64,000 nucleotides of DNA from Octopus vulgaris (taxonomy: Eukaryota): contig OX597831.1 of assembly GCA_951406725.2 (NCBI GenBank), forward strand, positions 72,292,001 through 72,356,000. Reading direction: 5' to 3'. The notes beneath the pieces were generated by a model. It saw only the letters and a list, made by a program, of their open reading frames with translations. It did not search any database and was not told the DNA's origin. Each line of letters begins with the position of its first letter. Positions within the stretch are counted from its first letter, which is position 1. Positions 38,118 through 51,330 of the stretch are shown in pieces. The translations under genes were made by a program, and so were the position numbers.

Positions 38118-39997
38118 TATGTTTGACTTTTGCTTTATGTCTGTACAAGTTGGCTCCAAGTCTCACCCAGAGAACTCAAGAGACAACAGGTTGGAAGTTC
38201 TGTGCCATATATTTGGGTTTTTTTTTTTTTTGGTGTTGTACTAGTGAATGTCTAATACATAAAAATAAAAAAAAAATAAAAGAATAAAATAAAATAAAAT
38301 AAAATAAATAAATAAAAAAAGTTTGTTTTAAACATTGGGATTACATAGAGAGTATTTTGCGTAGGATATGAGCAGTTCCCATGAGCACTATCTTTTGAAT
38401 TTCTGCCATTTTGGGGTTTCCTGGTATCTGAGTTAGGTAGCAATTAGTCCCTTTCGCTATCATTCCCAGGGCACCTATGACAACAGGTATTGTTTTAGTC
38501 TTCAGCTTCCACATTTTGCTGATTTCTATTTCAAGATCTTTATATTTGCTCAGTTTTTGGTAGGTCTTGACAGATACGTTTATATCGATTGGGACAGTCA
38601 TATCAATGAGGAGGCATGTTCTTTGTCTGAAGTCTTTCAATATGATGTCTGGCCTATTTGCATCTATCTTCCTGTCAGTTTGAATGGTGAAGTTCCAGAG
38701 GAGTGAGATGTGGTCATTTTCAAGCACTGGAGGTGGATTGTGTTCCCACCAGTTTTTTTCATGGGGCAAATCCAGGTTTTTGCAAATTACCCAGTGAATA
38801 TATTGTGCAGCTCTATCATGCCTGTTGAGGTACTCTGTAGGCGCTAGAAGACTGCATTTGGAGACAACATGATCAATTGTTTCATTTTGTTGTCGGCATA
38901 CACGACATGTTGGGCTACTGCCGTTCTTTAATATGTTGGCCTGGTAGTTTCTTGTTGGTAGGCATTGATCTTGAGCTGCTATGATAAACCCTTCTGTTTC
39001 AGATTTTAAGCCAGAGGCCATTAGCCATTGATGGGTCAGGGCTTTGTCAATATCTGCATTATTCGCTCTCTTTGGGTATTTGCCATAGAGAGGTTTTTCT
39101 TGCATTTATTATTCAGAATATCTAAGGCCGCAGTTTTAGCACGGGTTTTCATGCGCTTAGCTTTTTCTGTGCTTGTTTCTTGTATGTCTATCTCTAATTC
39201 CGAAATTGGTTGTATTCGGAATTCACTTAGATATTCCTTTGCCTGTTTTGTGACTGAGTATGATGCTTTCTTGTTTTCATGTTTTGAGACAAGTTTTAAC
39301 ATCCAGTTCTCAGAGTTTTTCAGGTAGGTGTCTAGGCCAAATGTAGCAATCTTCATTGTTATTGCCAGTTGTAAAAGACCACGGCCTCCTCTTTTCTTGG
39401 CAGATAGAGTCGTTCTGTATCTGCCTTAGGGTGGTGCATTCTATGCATTGTCAACAGTTTCCTTATTTTTCTGTCGAGCTGACATATTTCAGTAATTGAC
39501 CAGTTAACAATATTGAAACTGTAAGTCACGACTGGTATGGCTAATGCATTGATCGCTTCGATCCTGTTTCTTGCATTCAGCTCTGTCTTGAGTATTGCTC
39601 TCACTCTTCGATAGCATTCTCTCATGATCCTGTCCTTCATTTCTGAATGCCTTATTCCGTTCCCTTCAATTACCCCTAGGTACTTGTAGCTCTCCGCTGG
39701 GTCTAGTTCTTTTATGACATTCTGCTGGTCAAGGTTAACGTTAGACGTTTCTGTCATTTTTCCTTTGATAAAGGTAGCTTTTGCACATTTATCGAGGCCG
39801 AATTGCATTCTGATGTCGTCACTGAATTGTTTGACTATCGCTAAGCTTTAAATCATCCATGTAAATGAGATGATTTATATTTTTATCAAACATTTTATAC
39901 CCATACTGCGCATCATTGAGCAGCTTTGAGAGAGGTATTAAGGATAAACAAAAGAGGAGTGGTGACAGTGAATCACCCTGGAAAATGCCACACGAAA
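38117..39997 (-). mobile_element. R4/Dong-type RLE LINE, 5' truncated, few disablements
   Basis: GIFQGDSLSPLLF, HLIYMDDLKL, FGLDKCA, YKYLG, CRVC...TIDHVVSKC, RHD, RPDII, KLSKYKDL, IPVVIGALG; 3' end abuts (TAA)n. Confidence 0.95.
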
Positions 39998-41087
39998 TTA
40001 TTATTATCATTATTATCATTGTTAGTATTCAGGTCACTGATTGGAATCGAACTCGGAATCTTGGGGTTAGTAAATAATATAAATAATGTAAATGCGTAAA
40101 TTTGAGACCACTGCTAACTTACTAGTGTGAGAAGTATAGCCTGTCGTGTCTGGTCCTTTCCTAATTAATGTATCCATCATATCTGACATTCTCATCTTGT
40201 CCAAGATACCTATAATTGTAGCCTGACTATAGATGTAGTAGTTTCGAGCCGTTCATTTTTAGGCTTTCAAGAAAATAAAACATTTTAAGGTTTCATTGTC
40301 AAAAATGTACACTTGAACTCACCAATTTTCTTCTAATATCAGTAGAAAATTTGGTAATGAGGACCAAGTGCTTCTTTTTTTTTATATGGTTGATATTCGG
40401 CCCATACAGTTACGAGTCGTCGACAACGAAAATATGTGAGATACTCCTGGATCCATTTCTATGGCTAATGTGTTTTGTGAGAAGGCATGATGGTGAATTT
40501 AATGAGAGGACGAAGATCAACATCGACAGACTATCACGCTGAAAGATGTCTTTTTGATAGAGAATGCTATCCGACTCACTTTCCTCCTTATCACTCATGG
40601 GGAGCAAAGTGATGTACGAAGTTTTGGTCAGACGTTCGATAGCGCTCACTAGTGGTCGTGGGATTTTGGCTAACTGTAAGGCTCTGATAATTCAACGATG
40701 TGGGATACTATCGAAAGCCTTCTGGTAGTTCAGCCACACTAGGGTTGAGTATGCATGCATACTAGGATTGTCAAGTCAATCCTAGTGTTAGTGACAACAT
40801 GTAGCACAAAACAACCTATCGCATGTTCATGCTGACCGAGTAAATTGGCAATCCTACCAAGCCTGCTTGGTAAGGAGGAGGGTTTTCGGTGAATACCTGC
40901 AGACGGAGATCAAAAGCCTTGAAAGGAATTTTGAAAGAGCAACGCCCTCATTGAGAGGACATTGACCTTGCTCTTGCTTGTTTCTGGACCACTTACCTTT
41001 GCAGGTGAGAGCCTTAGTGGTGTTGTAACGTCTAGGAGAAGATAATTTGTTAGTGATGGTCATAGTCGTCTACGAGTCGAAAGCTGC

Positions 41088-41810
41088 CATGCATGCATGC
41101 ATGCATGCATGTATGTATGTATGTATGTATGTATGTATGTATGTATGTATGTATGTATGTATGTATGTATGTATGTATGTATGTATGTATGTATGTATGT
41201 GTGTGTGTATGTATGTATGTATGTTTGTGTGTGTATGTATGTATGTATGTATGCATGTGTGTGTATGTATGTGTGTGTATGTATGTATGTATGTATGTAT
41301 ATATGCATGCATGTATGTATGTATGCATGTATGCATGTTTGTATGTATGTATGTATGTATGCATGCATGCATGCATGTATGTATGTATGCATGCATGTAT
41401 GTATGTATGTATGCATGTATGTATGCATGCATGCATGTATGTATGTATGCATGCATGCATGTATGTATGTATGTATGCATGTATGCATGCATGTATGTAT
41501 GCATGCATGCATGCATGCATGTATGGATGGATGCATGCATGTATGTATGTATGCATGTATGTATGCATGCATGCATGTATGTATGTATGAATGCATGCAT
41601 GTATGTATGTATGTATGCATGCATGTATGCATGTATGTATGCATGCATGCATGTATGTATGTATGCATGCATGCATGCATGTATGTATGGATGGATGCAT
41701 GCATGTATGTATGCATGTATGTATGCATGCATGCATGTATGTATGTATGTATGTATGCATGCATGCGCACGCGCGCGTGTGTCTATGCGCGTCTGTGTGT
41801 GTGTGTGTGT
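41088..41810. repeat. (ATGT/ATGC)n compound microsatellite; similar tracts at 44888-45420 and 56632-57131
   Basis: Direct reading. Confidence 0.95.
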
Positions 41811-41814
41811 AGGT

Positions 41815-42777
41815 GAAGGTATTTTAACGAACTACTGTTGCTATACTGGCTCCAAACAATATTGCTGTTCATAGCATTAATAATATGCTATTGAATAAAC
41901 TTCGAGGAGAAGTGTTCAGTTATACCTCAATTGACATGGTTGTTGATGATCACAATTTTAACTACCCCATAGAATTTTGGAACTCACTAGAACCACCACA
42001 TACAGCACCTCTTTGTCTTCAGCTGAGAAAAAGGACTCCTATTATGCTCTTGGGTAATTTATCTCATCCAAAATGATGCAGTGGTAGAAGATTAATCGTG
42101 CACAAACTTATGATGAACTGCACTGAGGCAAATATTCTCACTGGTTGTGGTAACGGTAAGACCGTCTTCATTCCTCACATACCAGTTATACCATCTAATG
42201 TCCCATTCCAGTTTAAGCTGTTACAGTTTCCTATCCCGCTTCATTTTGCCATGAGCATTAATAAAAGTCAGGGCCAAACACTAAAAGTTGATGGATTGCA
42301 ACTTGGAGAACCATGCATTTCACATGGCCAACACCATGTGGGAACATCATGTGTAAGAGGAAAAGCAAAATCTTTTTGTATATGCGCTCCGGAATAAAGC
42401 AAAAAAAAACATTGTTTATAAAGAAATATTCACACTGAATGCAAGATGAATACTTCAATAACTTAATTCACCATTACTATCGTTACATTCAAGAATAGGC
42501 GAACAACCTATTTAAATGAACGGTTTTATATAATAGTCATTACTGAATTGATAATTAAGATAAAACATAAAACTCATTATTATCATATAAGAAACAAACA
42601 CAAGGTCACATTTGAAACTGATCTTTTTCTCTATTTCAGTTATTACACATTTTTCTCTTATAAAATACACACATACATGAGGGGTACATTATATATATAT
42701 ATATATATAATACTTTACATGTGGCTCCCGAGAAGCAGTAAAAGTAATTATCGAATAAACGACGGGTTTTACTGCTA

Positions 42778-42778
<1 letters not shown>
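41815..42778 (+). mobile_element. Helitron 3' remnant (PIF1-type helicase C-terminus + CTAG end)
   Basis: TPIMLLGNL...ILTGCGNGKTVFIPHIP...FKLLQFPIPLHFAMSINKSQGQTL; ends ...ACGGGTTTTACTGCTAG|T. Confidence 0.88.
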
Positions 42779-42845
<67 letters not shown>

Positions 42846-42899
42846 ACGAGAGATTTAGAAATTTAGTATTTCTGATATATATATATATATATATGATGA

Positions 42900-43680
42900 A
42901 TGAATTATCCTTTGTTTACTGTTAACATGGAAAATTCAATAAACAGTTACCAGGGTAGCAAAATTCACGCAAGTAACAAGGATGTAACTCCGGGTTAATG
43001 TCATTAATTTGTGTAGTATAAGAAATAAATGGAGTTGAACGCAGATGCTATTCAAATTCTTTTACTTTCGATATATGTTTCGAAGACAACATTGGTTTTA
43101 TCCCAAATGAATAAACGGTGTAAGATGCAATTTTCTTATCAGGAAAGAAAGAGAACCTATCTCAACAACAAGACATTATAACAATTTTGATGACTGCATA
43201 AATGATAAACAGAACGCTATTAATTATTTTTAAAAAAAACTGTTTGTAGATTCGACGTCAAAGGCAGACACTAGGAAGAGAAGGGGTAAAGAAATAAGTA
43301 GAGATCAAATAAAGAGGGATATATTGGTTGAAAAAATGTTCAAAGGCTTGGAAGTAGATTTCTCTATTGAAGTAAAGTGCAAGTTGAACTAAATGTTCAA
43401 ACTACAAAGACTGGTAAAAATCACTTATATGAGTTAAAGGTATCTTTCTGCCAGTGTTTACATTTGTAAGATCGCTCTATAAGTGTGTTAACAAGGTGAT
43501 TCTTAGAGAAGAGAATATGGAAGAGTTCAGAGTTGCAAATGTTACAAAATCCTTTGCCCTTATCCTAAGGGCAAGATATGGATAGGATGAACCAATTTAA
43601 CTTAAAATCCTTAACGTTGTCTTTAAGATGCCAAACCAATTTGCTATGACGTTTACGGCTATATTAGTTCAACCCATATG
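42900..43680 (-). mobile_element. Penelope-like 3' remnant (GIY-YIG C-terminus + pLTR)
   Basis: WFILSISCP*DKGKGFCNICNSELFHILFSKNHLVNTL..KCKH; HHR-like motif at 43065-43147. Confidence 0.7.
43065..43147 (-). ncRNA. hammerhead-like motif with long helix II
   Basis: CTTTC-CTGATAA-GAAAA...TCTTC-GAAA-CATATA-TC-GAAAG (5-bp helix I). Confidence 0.55.
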
Positions 43681-44254
43681 TATGTATTCATGCATATATG
43701 TATGTGTGTGTATGTGTCAGTGTGTATGCTGCGTGTATGTATGTACTCTACAGCAAATGTCAGATGAAAACAAGAGTAAAGAATTCGTTTTTCAAAAGAT
43801 ATATCGCTTTGCTGTGCAATGAAACTTTGGCTACAATAACAAATTCACAGCATAACATCAAAATGTTTTCATAGACCATTACCCGAGATTTTCGTTGCTC
43901 GTTATTTTCTGCCTAACCTTACCGTTTTGTTAAGATGGTAGCAGCAAGAGAATACAACATAGTAAACAAACAGGCATGTTATGTTTTGACCCAAATACAT
44001 GTTTGTTCTTGTTTGCCAACTGTAACATTTCTACATGCTCCGCTGACGCCCTTGTAACTCACGCAATTCAGCCGATTAATAATAATAATAATAACAATAA
44101 TGATAATAATATATACATATATGAATACACACACACACATGCAAAAACACAGAGTTATTCACGTGTAATTTATTTCATGAAATACGAGAAAACTAAACGT
44201 GGCATTTTTGTTTGTATTATCATAGGAAAAATTGATTTTCAATTATTCGATAGA

Positions 44255-44302
44255 GCAAAATTGACTCGGTTTCAATTCGGTGTGTCTGATCTCGTCAGTT
44301 GC
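44255..44302 (-). ncRNA. hammerhead-like motif
   Basis: GCAA-CTGACGA-GATC..GAATT-GAAA-CCGAG-TC; canonical core, imperfect helices. Confidence 0.45.
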
Positions 44303-44664
44303 TTCTGAGCATTTATAAATCTTTCATCGTCATCATTGTGATTGATTAAATGTACGGTTACTGAGGATTGAGCGGTGGTTTTCAGGGGGCTTCTTGCGAT
44401 GTCCGTGTGTAAACACATACACACACACACATATATATATATATATACATATATATATATGTGTGTGTGTGTGAGTGTATACACACACATATACACATAT
44501 ACATATATATAGTCGTCTACTATCTCGTAGCGCTGACCAGGGCCTTGAGTAGTTTTCGTAGATCGAAATGAAAGAAGACCTATGTATGTATGTATGTGTG
44601 TATGTGTGTATGTATGTGTGTATGTATGTATGTATGTATGTGTGTATGTGTGTATGTATGTATT

Positions 44665-44887
44665 TATTTGTTTATTACCCACAAGGGGCTAAACACAGAG
44701 AGGACGAACAAGGACAGACAAACGGATTAAGTCGATTATATCGACCCCAGTGCGTAAATGGTACTTAATTTATCGACCCCGAAAGGATGAAAGGCAAAGT
44801 CGACCTCGGCGGAATTTGAACTCAGAACGCAGCGGCAGATGAAATACGACTACGCATTTCGTCCGGCGTGCTAACGTTTCTGCCAGC
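44665..44887 (-). mobile_element. SINE family B inserted in (ATGT)n
   Basis: Family motifs. Confidence 0.88.
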
Positions 44888-45271
44888 ATGTATGTATGTA
44901 TGTATGTATGTATGTATGTATGTATATATGTATGTATGTATGTATGTGTATATGTGTGTATGTATGTGTGTATGTATGTATGTATGTATGTATGTATGTA
45001 TGTATGTATGTATGTGTGTATGTGTGTATGTATGTATGTATGTATGTATGTATGTATGTATGTATGTATGTATGTATGTATGTATGTATGTATTGTGTAT
45101 GTATGTATGTATGTATCTATGTATGTATGTATGTATGTATCTATGTATGTATGTATGTATGTATGTATGTATGTATGTGTGTATGTGTGTATGTATGTAT
45201 GTATGTATGTATGTATGTATGTATGTGTGTATGTGTGTATGTATGTATGTATGTATGTATATATATATATG

Positions 45272-45303
<32 letters not shown>

Positions 45304-45334
45304 TGTATGTATGTATGTATGTATGCATGCATGA

Positions 45335-45399
<65 letters not shown>

Positions 45400-45689
45400 G
45401 CTAGCTAGCTAGCTAGCTAGCTATCTGACTATCTATATGTATATCTATATATATATATATATATAAACAAAACTGTCCGATGAACGGGTAACAGTTTTGT
45501 GATATTTTTACTGCTTTTTAATAACGTATATATATATATATATACTACACACACATATATATGTAGGTATGTATACATACATACACACGCACACACAGAT
45601 ATACATACATACATACATACATACATACATACATACATACATACATACATACATACATACATACATACATACATACACACAATGGACTC

Positions 45690-46000
45690 TCCCGTCGCTA
45701 GACGACGTATGAGGGTTCGACAATATCCTACCGAGCAACCGTACAGATGTTCTGTTTATAGTGGTCAAATATTTGTGTAAACATAAGCTCAATCCCTCCA
45801 TCAAATCGACATTACATGTACAGGCATTACCTGTACAGGTGCAACTGCGTGCCACATGTCAGATGTCGAAATGATCGTAGTGCAATGTGAAATGAAGGGC
45901 TTTGCTCAAGAACACAACGCAACGCCCGGCCTGGGAATTGAACCCATGATCTTGAAATTGTGAGTGCAACACCCTAAACACTAAGTCATGCGCCTCTTCC
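45690..46000 (-). mobile_element. tRNA-derived SINE (fourth family, diverged)
   Basis: Minus strand GCGCATGACTTAGTGTTTAGGGTG...GGGTTCAATTCCCAGG...GTGTTCTTGAGCAA. Confidence 0.55.
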
Positions 46001-46037
46001 ACCCATATACACCCCCACATTTATATGTATATATATA

Positions 46038-46267
46038 TTTCTTTACTACCCACAAGGGGCTAAACACAGAGAGGAATAACAAGGACAGACAAAGGGATTA
46101 AGTCGATTATATTGACCCCAGTGCGTAACTGGTACTTATTTAATCGACCCCGAAAGGATGAAAGGCAAAGTCGACCTCAGTGGAATTTGAACTCGGAACG
46201 TAACGACAGACGAAATACGGCTACGAATTTCGCCCGGCGTGCTAACGTTTCTGCCAGCTCGCCGCCT
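46038..46267 (-). mobile_element. SINE family B
   Basis: Full copy in (TA)n. Confidence 0.9.
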
Positions 46268-46283
46268 TTATATATATATATAT

Positions 46284-46910
46284 AGGTGGTCTGATCAATA
46301 AGTATCCGGACTGTTGACATAGTAACGAAGCCTAAGCACGCAGAGTGAAGCCGCTTAGCACATATTGACCTTGAACTTTGCTGTGCATGCGCACTAAGTT
46401 TTAACGTTCTAACTCACTTATGCTTTCTACAGTAATGCTTGGAAGGAAGGTGTGTAACATGTGATCGTTGCATTGACTATGACAAAAATAAAGTTGAGCA
46501 GAGAATCTTGGCGATACTTGCTCAGTGACCTAAGCAAAGTTTTCGAAAAGTTTTTATCGTTCTCGACACAATCAAAGAAATCTTGTGCAACTGAAACCCG
46601 AGGGTCCTTTTGGTCAGCTGAAAGCAGTTTTGGCACAAATTTGGCAGACACGCATCTCATACCCAAATCTTCAGCGATAATGGACTGAACTGAACTGTAA
46701 CTAATCTGCACATCTTCTGATAACTTAGGGATTGTGATTCGACGATTTCCCCTCACAGCTCCATGCACATCAGCGAGGTTTTTCTCAGTTCTACTGATTG
46801 TGGGCCTCCCAGAACGTTCGTCAATATCGACATTTTTTCGACCATCTTGGAAACGTCTGAACCACTCATACACTTAGCCAGGCATCGCTAAGACAGCTTT
46901 CTCTGTCATG
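46284..46910 (-). mobile_element. mariner-derived element (transposase N-terminal half; TIR at 46284)
   Basis: YEWFRRFQDGR...DERSGRP...NRRITI...LGMRCVSAKFVPKLLS; TIR-like GGTCTGATCAATAAGTATCCGGACTG. Confidence 0.85.
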
Positions 46911-47178
46911 GTATATGTTGTATCTAATAAAGGTCTAATAGTAGTCCGCCACCTCTTAATTAATACTATTACCCTTAAATACCACGGTGCGTTTATGCGT
47001 GTATGAATGAGTGTGTGCGCGCACTTGTTTGTTTACATTTTTTAGATCGTTGAAATCAGTATAAAATATATTATCCTTTACTTCGAAAAAGAAATAAGGG
47101 TTTGCATCTAAAAGGGCAAGCATGGAAAAATGGACTGAAACGATAGAAAAAAATTGAAGCGTAGGGGTGGGTGTGTTA

Positions 47179-47572
47179 GGCGCAGGAGTGGCCGTGTGGC
47201 AAGAAGCTTAAGGCGGTGAACTGGCAGAAACGTTAGCAGGCTGGGCGAAATGCTTTGCGGTATTTCGTCTGCCGTTACGTTCTGAGTTCAAATTCCGCCG
47301 AGGTCGACTTTGCCTTTCATCCTTTCGGGGTCGATAAATTAAGTACCAGTTACGCATTGGGGTCGATATAATTGACTTAATCCGTTTGTCTGTCCTTGTT
47401 TGTCCCCCGTCAGTATTTAGCCCCTTGTGGGCAGTAAAGAAATAAGACGCTTGCTTCTCAACCACATGGTTCCGAGTTCAGTCCTACTGCGTGAAATCTT
47501 GCGAGTGTGACTACTACTATGGCCTCGGGAAGACCAAAGCCTTGTTAGTTGATTTGGTGGACAGGAACTGTC
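47179..47572 (+). mobile_element. SINE A head interrupted by SINE B (47211-47446)
   Basis: A head GGCGCAGGAGTGGCCGTGTGG, then a full B copy, then A resumes (gcttgcttctcaaccacatgg). Confidence 0.85.
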
Positions 47573-47609
47573 ATACATACATACATACATACATACATAC
47601 ATACATACA

Positions 47610-47657
<48 letters not shown>

Positions 47658-47727
47658 GAAATTCGGGGTGAGTACTTGATAATTATAAGCACCTGTGTAT
47701 ACCGTTTGGTGGTGTAGGTGGTGGAGT

Positions 47728-48049
47728 ATTGATCAAAATAAAATAAAAACATGATGCGAAGGATTCAGCGGTACATATGTTTCGGGCCTATTAGACAGAT
47801 TTATAACAATGCATATGTATGTCTGTGGCTATTCATATATATCAAAAATATGCAAATATCCACGTACGACATAATGCGGCAGCCGCATTATGTCGTATGG
47901 ATGAGAGGATTTGCATCCCCAACCAAGATTTTGATGTAACACATGTCCTTGCGGAAGCTTTGCGGCTATATTATGCATTGTTATTCTGTCTAATAAAGAA
48001 ACATATGTACCGCTGAATCCTTCGCATCATGTTTTTATTTTATTTTGAT

Positions 48050-48052
<3 letters not shown>
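47728..48052. repeat. foldback element with perfect ~55-bp outer arms and a central 16-bp hairpin
   Basis: ATTGATCAAAATAAAATAAAAACATGATGCGAAGGATTCAGCGGTACATATGTTTC and its reverse complement; centre TACGACATAATGCGGC-A-GCCGCATTATGTCGTA at 47865-47897. Confidence 0.9.
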
Positions 48053-48096
<44 letters not shown>

Positions 48097-48100
<4 letters not shown>

Positions 48101-49755
48101 TATTAAATTAGAGACAAAACCACTATTAGGCAAATCAAACAATGAAAAACTTAAGCCAATACATATGATTATTTAATTTATATTATTTAAATATATAACA
48201 AAATTATTAAAAAAATATAATTAATATCACACTACGATCGTTTCATGCCTGCTAACTTCTTCAAATTTTTGAGTTGCAGTCATTCATCAGGTGGTTAAAT
48301 ATCTAAAATATAATCAATATTTTTAAGATATAAATAATATATATAATATAATAATTTTACTTATAATAAACTCTATTATTAAATATGATTATATCGAAAT
48401 CGACTATAATGTTAAATATTAACTTTAATTTATAAGGTAGAAAACCCATAATCTAATATCAATATTATTCTATATCTAATTACATAAATATTTAAAATGA
48501 CTAATATATATAACTTATCAATGAAAATATATATAAATATTATAACCAAGATCTAAAATAATCTCTATAAATAATTGTATATAATGAAAACCTAACAAAT
48601 TTAATTTATCATATTTAAAGTTGAAATAGCTAATTTCAAAATACAAATAAACTAACTTAAACGGACATTCAAAATCTTATGTAAAATACTTATAGAAATA
48701 TTCAATTCTTAGTAATATAGTATCAAATAAATACTATAAGTACTATAATTATGAATGGGAATAATTATCTAATATAAATTATGCTATTAAATTAGACATG
48801 GCCTAGACCAATCTTTAGTCGAAACATATCTAATTTTATCAAAGTTTATCTAATTTATTTAATATCTAATAACATAGAAAATTACGATAATTAGATCATT
48901 ACATAAACAACGATATTTACATAAGGAGAATATTATTACTCCAAAGGCTTATACAATATTAAAATTTACAATTTGACGATCTTAAAAAGATACATACTTA
49001 TCTTGGCGAGGTTTAAACAATGAACTAAAATTTTGAATCAAAAAACGTCTTATACAGCGTTTATAAGAATACTCATGGAATTACGTTATTAGCAAAAAAA
49101 AGAATAAATTGTTGAAGAATTCATTACGCGTGAGGAACCTACGTTTATTAAAGATTATGAATGGAAAATTATATGTTTATCATTGTAAAAAGAATGAATT
49201 CACAAATAAAGAATAAAATCTCTCTATACTATAATATTTATTAATAAAATAACTATGATAAATGAAACTTAATACAAAATAAATTAAATGATTAAAAACC
49301 ACTTATTATTAAATATATTCTAAAAATCTAATAAGATTAATAAATACATAAAAATTAATTTATATAGTAACCCCACTACATATTATAAATTCTTTCACAT
49401 ACCCTTATAATTATAAGCTAAAATTAGTGATCATAACAAATCTATATATGCTAATCAAAATTTATAGTATAACTATACATACGTATACATAAATATATAA
49501 GAAAATATCCATACATATACATATATATATACATATATACACATATACACATATACATACATATACATATGCATACACATATACACATACATACACACAT
49601 ACATTCATATACATATATACACACACACACATATATACACACACTTACACCCATACACATATGCACACTCATACATACATGTACATACATACAATACTCA
49701 ATATATACACTTACACCAATATATACACACCAACACACATACAAATAAATAAATG

Positions 49756-49794
<39 letters not shown>

Positions 49795-51330
49795 CATCAA
49801 ATACACATATATACAAACACACACATCCACATATATTATAAATAAATAGATATATAAATGTCTATAATCATACTACAATAAAAATAGAGGTAAATATTAA
49901 GTTAAATCTAAAAAATTAATCTACTAATCTATACTTGTATATTAAATAAAATGGATTAAATAAACAACTAAATAAAACTATTTCAAATATAAAGAGATTA
50001 CATACAAATAGATTAATATAACAAAATTATAATTTAACGAAGTTATAATAGAAATATAACAAAATATATAAAATAAATAAAATTGTAACTCAATATTCAA
50101 TAAACCATTAAATATTTATTATTTAGTAATAAAATATTTAGTAATAAGATGAAAAACCATCTATAATCTAACTATAATTAAAAACAGAACCTAAATAACT
50201 AAAATAAACTATTATATGCACTACAAATCACCTGGTATATTTATAATACTATTACATAAAACAATAAATAGGGAGCTAATTAAGGCTAATAAATAATTAT
50301 TATTTATCAAGAAATTTATTATATAAGTAAAGTAACTTGTGTCTGCATTTTATTTTGCGCTCATCACAGATATTCAGTAAATTATCATGCTTATAAAATA
50401 ATATTTCCTTAAACTCATTAGAGCACAAATAACAAAAATTCGCTCCTATAGTATATGATTTAGTTTTACTAATTATTTCCCAAGATAAATTATTATTAAT
50501 ATTTTAGGATTTAAGTCTCCAAATGTACTTGCTAAGTCCGGTGGAGTTAATTAAGTTTTTATTTTTAAATGAATTCAAATTTTGTGCGATTCTTAATTTT
50601 ATTTTAGAGGAAGTGGACCCTATATATATCGCGTTTGAGTTATTATTATTCTTGAGTTATTATTATACATGTAATGTAACTATACATTTATACACTACAT
50701 CATTTGTATCACATTTATTATTTAAATTACATTTAGATTTATCTCTACATGTACAGATAATTAGTGTCTTGTCTTTATTATTGGTATTATTAAATAATTT
50801 ATTTTTATAAAAATTATTCAGTTTAAATTTGTTGAAGAAGAAATAATGTTACCTACACTATTAGTGGTGGAATAACCTACTCCAAAATTATTACTAGAGA
50901 AAATGTTTTTATATTTACGATTATCTTGAATAAATAGTTCAATAATATCTAAAATCTCTTTAATAATGTTCGTTTTAACTTGAGCACCGTAAGGAACTAT
51001 TAACCAAATTTTATTCTTATTTTCCTTCTTATTATTATTAAAACTGTCATTATTATTGTTGTAATTATATTTCTTTATCATATTAATATTATTATTATTA
51101 TCAGATTTATATTTATAATCAACATTTAAAGAATTATTAAATTTATTAATTTTATTTTTATTTTTATTATTTTATTATTTTATTATTATTCTTATTATTT
51201 TTCATTGTTTGATTTGCCTAATAGTGGTTTTGTCTCTAATTTAATATAATATAATATTTTACTATAAAATTGGATTCAATCCTAAATCTGATTTTTCCCT
51301 GTAAGTTTGGATTTATTCCCTAATATTTAT

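Larger units (their letters stand above)
37240..40093 (-). mobile_element. second pLTR of that PLE family, split at its (ATT)n tract by nested insertions
   Basis: 37240-37420 and 40000-40093 together match 35757-35940. Confidence 0.8.
33540..41080 (-). mobile_element. old RLE-type non-LTR retrotransposon in three pieces (40095-41080, 36660-37240, 33540-33850)
   Basis: RT: WLNYQKAFDSIPH...IFQRDSLS...HIFVVDD; knuckle/RLE: EHIHHIVAK...RHDAVA...TRPNIVV; end: KIEEKEDIYGPL...IIGATG. Confidence 0.7.

Noticed and set aside
41047-41874. Long ORFs (MYVC/HTYI repeats), also at 44822-45408, 56207-57209, 22289-22966 and 30615-31452
   Set aside because: Stop-free translations of microsatellites.
48300-50330. 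Mitochondrial insertion or contaminant, suggested by extreme AT content
   Set aside because: No mitochondrial gene or tRNA motif seen; enclosed by PLE inverted ends, GIY-YIG and hammerhead.
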